DNA of 64,000 nucleotides from Streptomycetaceae bacterium (lineage in GTDB: Bacteria > Actinomycetota > Actinomycetes > Nanopelagicales > Nanopelagicaceae), in assembly GCA_007280125.1 (NCBI GenBank), contig QYPT01000076.1, positions 17 to 64,016 of the forward strand, read 5' to 3'. Under the pieces are notes generated by a model. That model had not been told where the DNA came from and made no database searches. It worked only from the letters and a program-made list of their open reading frames with translations. Positions within the stretch are counted from its first letter, which is position 1, and every line of letters begins with the position of its first letter. Both the position numbers and the translations under genes were made by a program. Shown here piece after piece: positions 63,493 through 64,000 of the stretch.

Positions 63493-63921
63493 GGCAATAA
63501 TTTATAGAGTTATCCACTCAATATCTGTAGCGTTAACCCTGCTGACTGGTCACTGTATTCGAAGGAGGGTTTGCACTATTAGTACGCGGCGTGATCAATT
63601 TCAGAAGGGGTTTTCACCGCAAAAACTATTACTACGTGTGGGTGATATTGCCCAAGAGTTATCGCATAGTTTATTTTTTTGTGGGTTTGTCCTCTTTCTC
63701 AAGTCGTCCCTTGCTGCAACGAATTAGATTAGGCTTGGCCGTTATTTACCCACCATTGAGTGCTTCTACTTCAGATTTTTCCTTCCACACCTTGCCAACC
63801 TTCACGAATATCACCGGATAAACAGCGATGATCAACATCATCATGACTAGTGCGCTTAATCTCGGTCAAGAAACGTTGAATAACTAGCTCTCTTCCCAAC
63901 TTGCGCAGGTATGCTCGCGCC

Positions 63922-64000
63922 ATGCGTCGGACTACGTCTTTGATAATGTCAGCTTTCTTTCTATTGACGATCTTTACTCAAAGCGCCCAAGCTGCGCCGA
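63922..64000 (+). CDS. 5' end of a secreted protein gene (signal peptide only; continues beyond the window)
   Basis: ATG 63922 gives MRRTTSLIMSAFFLLTIFTQSAQA|AP. This has a basic n-region, a hydrophobic core and an AXA cleavage motif. Only 26 codons are visible. Confidence 0.4.
   Translation, partial: MRRTTSLIMSAFFLLTIFTQSAQAAP

Noticed and set aside
1-64000. I looked for defence systems, toxin-antitoxin pairs, reverse transcriptases, nucleases, transposases, integrases and CRISPR arrays.
   Set aside because: No ORF in the six-frame track shows the corresponding motifs. Every ORF over about 200 aa is accounted for by metabolic, transport or signalling families, or by the single unknown protein at 53332..54246.

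Overview
This is a dense, almost fully coding chromosomal segment: about 60 CDS, one tRNA, and no rRNA or CRISPR. I found no transposase, integrase, phage structural gene or known defence gene on either strand.

The style looks actinobacterial, but that is an inference, not a database result. It rests on V-T-G-C lipoboxes, CUT1-type sugar ABC operons without their own ATPase, many 1/4/8-nt start-stop overlaps, GTG/TTG starts, and a DnaX-tail-like domain of the actinobacterial type. G+C is moderate: spot counts on two 60-nt lines gave 25/60 and 28/60. I did not compute it window-wide.

Content from left to right:
- galE'-galT-glpK, divergent from glpD.
- A minus-strand block with a LuxR-type response regulator, an 8-TM histidine kinase, a second regulator, an 86-aa DnaX-C-terminal-like ORF and a secreted GH25 muramidase.
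- A large sugar-acid catabolic region: FAH-family enzyme, 2-hydroxyacid dehydrogenase, IlvD/Edd dehydratase, uxaC, a mannitol-dehydrogenase-family reductase, an esterase, an RraA-like protein, a sugar ABC importer, a lactonase, kdgK, eda and two tandem SDRs. It ends in an orphan paralogue of the 8-TM kinase.
- A 10-gene minus-strand Dpp-type importer fused to aldehyde dehydrogenase, SDR, amidase and S58 aminopeptidase genes.
- A second Opp/Dpp-type importer, a lipoprotein, a pullulanase and a DAO-family oxidoreductase.
- Two convergent truncated gene remnants abutting tRNA-Met(CAT).
- Two Zn-ADHs and an IclR regulator with a clear operator, followed by an unknown 304-aa ORF, a second 577-aa IlvD/Edd dehydratase, a second ATPase-less sugar ABC importer, a mutarotase-like protein and dgoD.
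- mmuM, then a third, TM-less kinase paralogue with a frameshift-split response regulator.

I see no compelling new defence or mobile system. The most unusual material is the lineage-specific kinase/regulator family (three copies, one wired to a cell-wall hydrolase). Next are the deletion scar at the tRNA, the split regulator, and two sugar-acid modules whose enzyme combinations do not match the textbook routes.

All functional calls come from motif recognition by eye. No searches were run.
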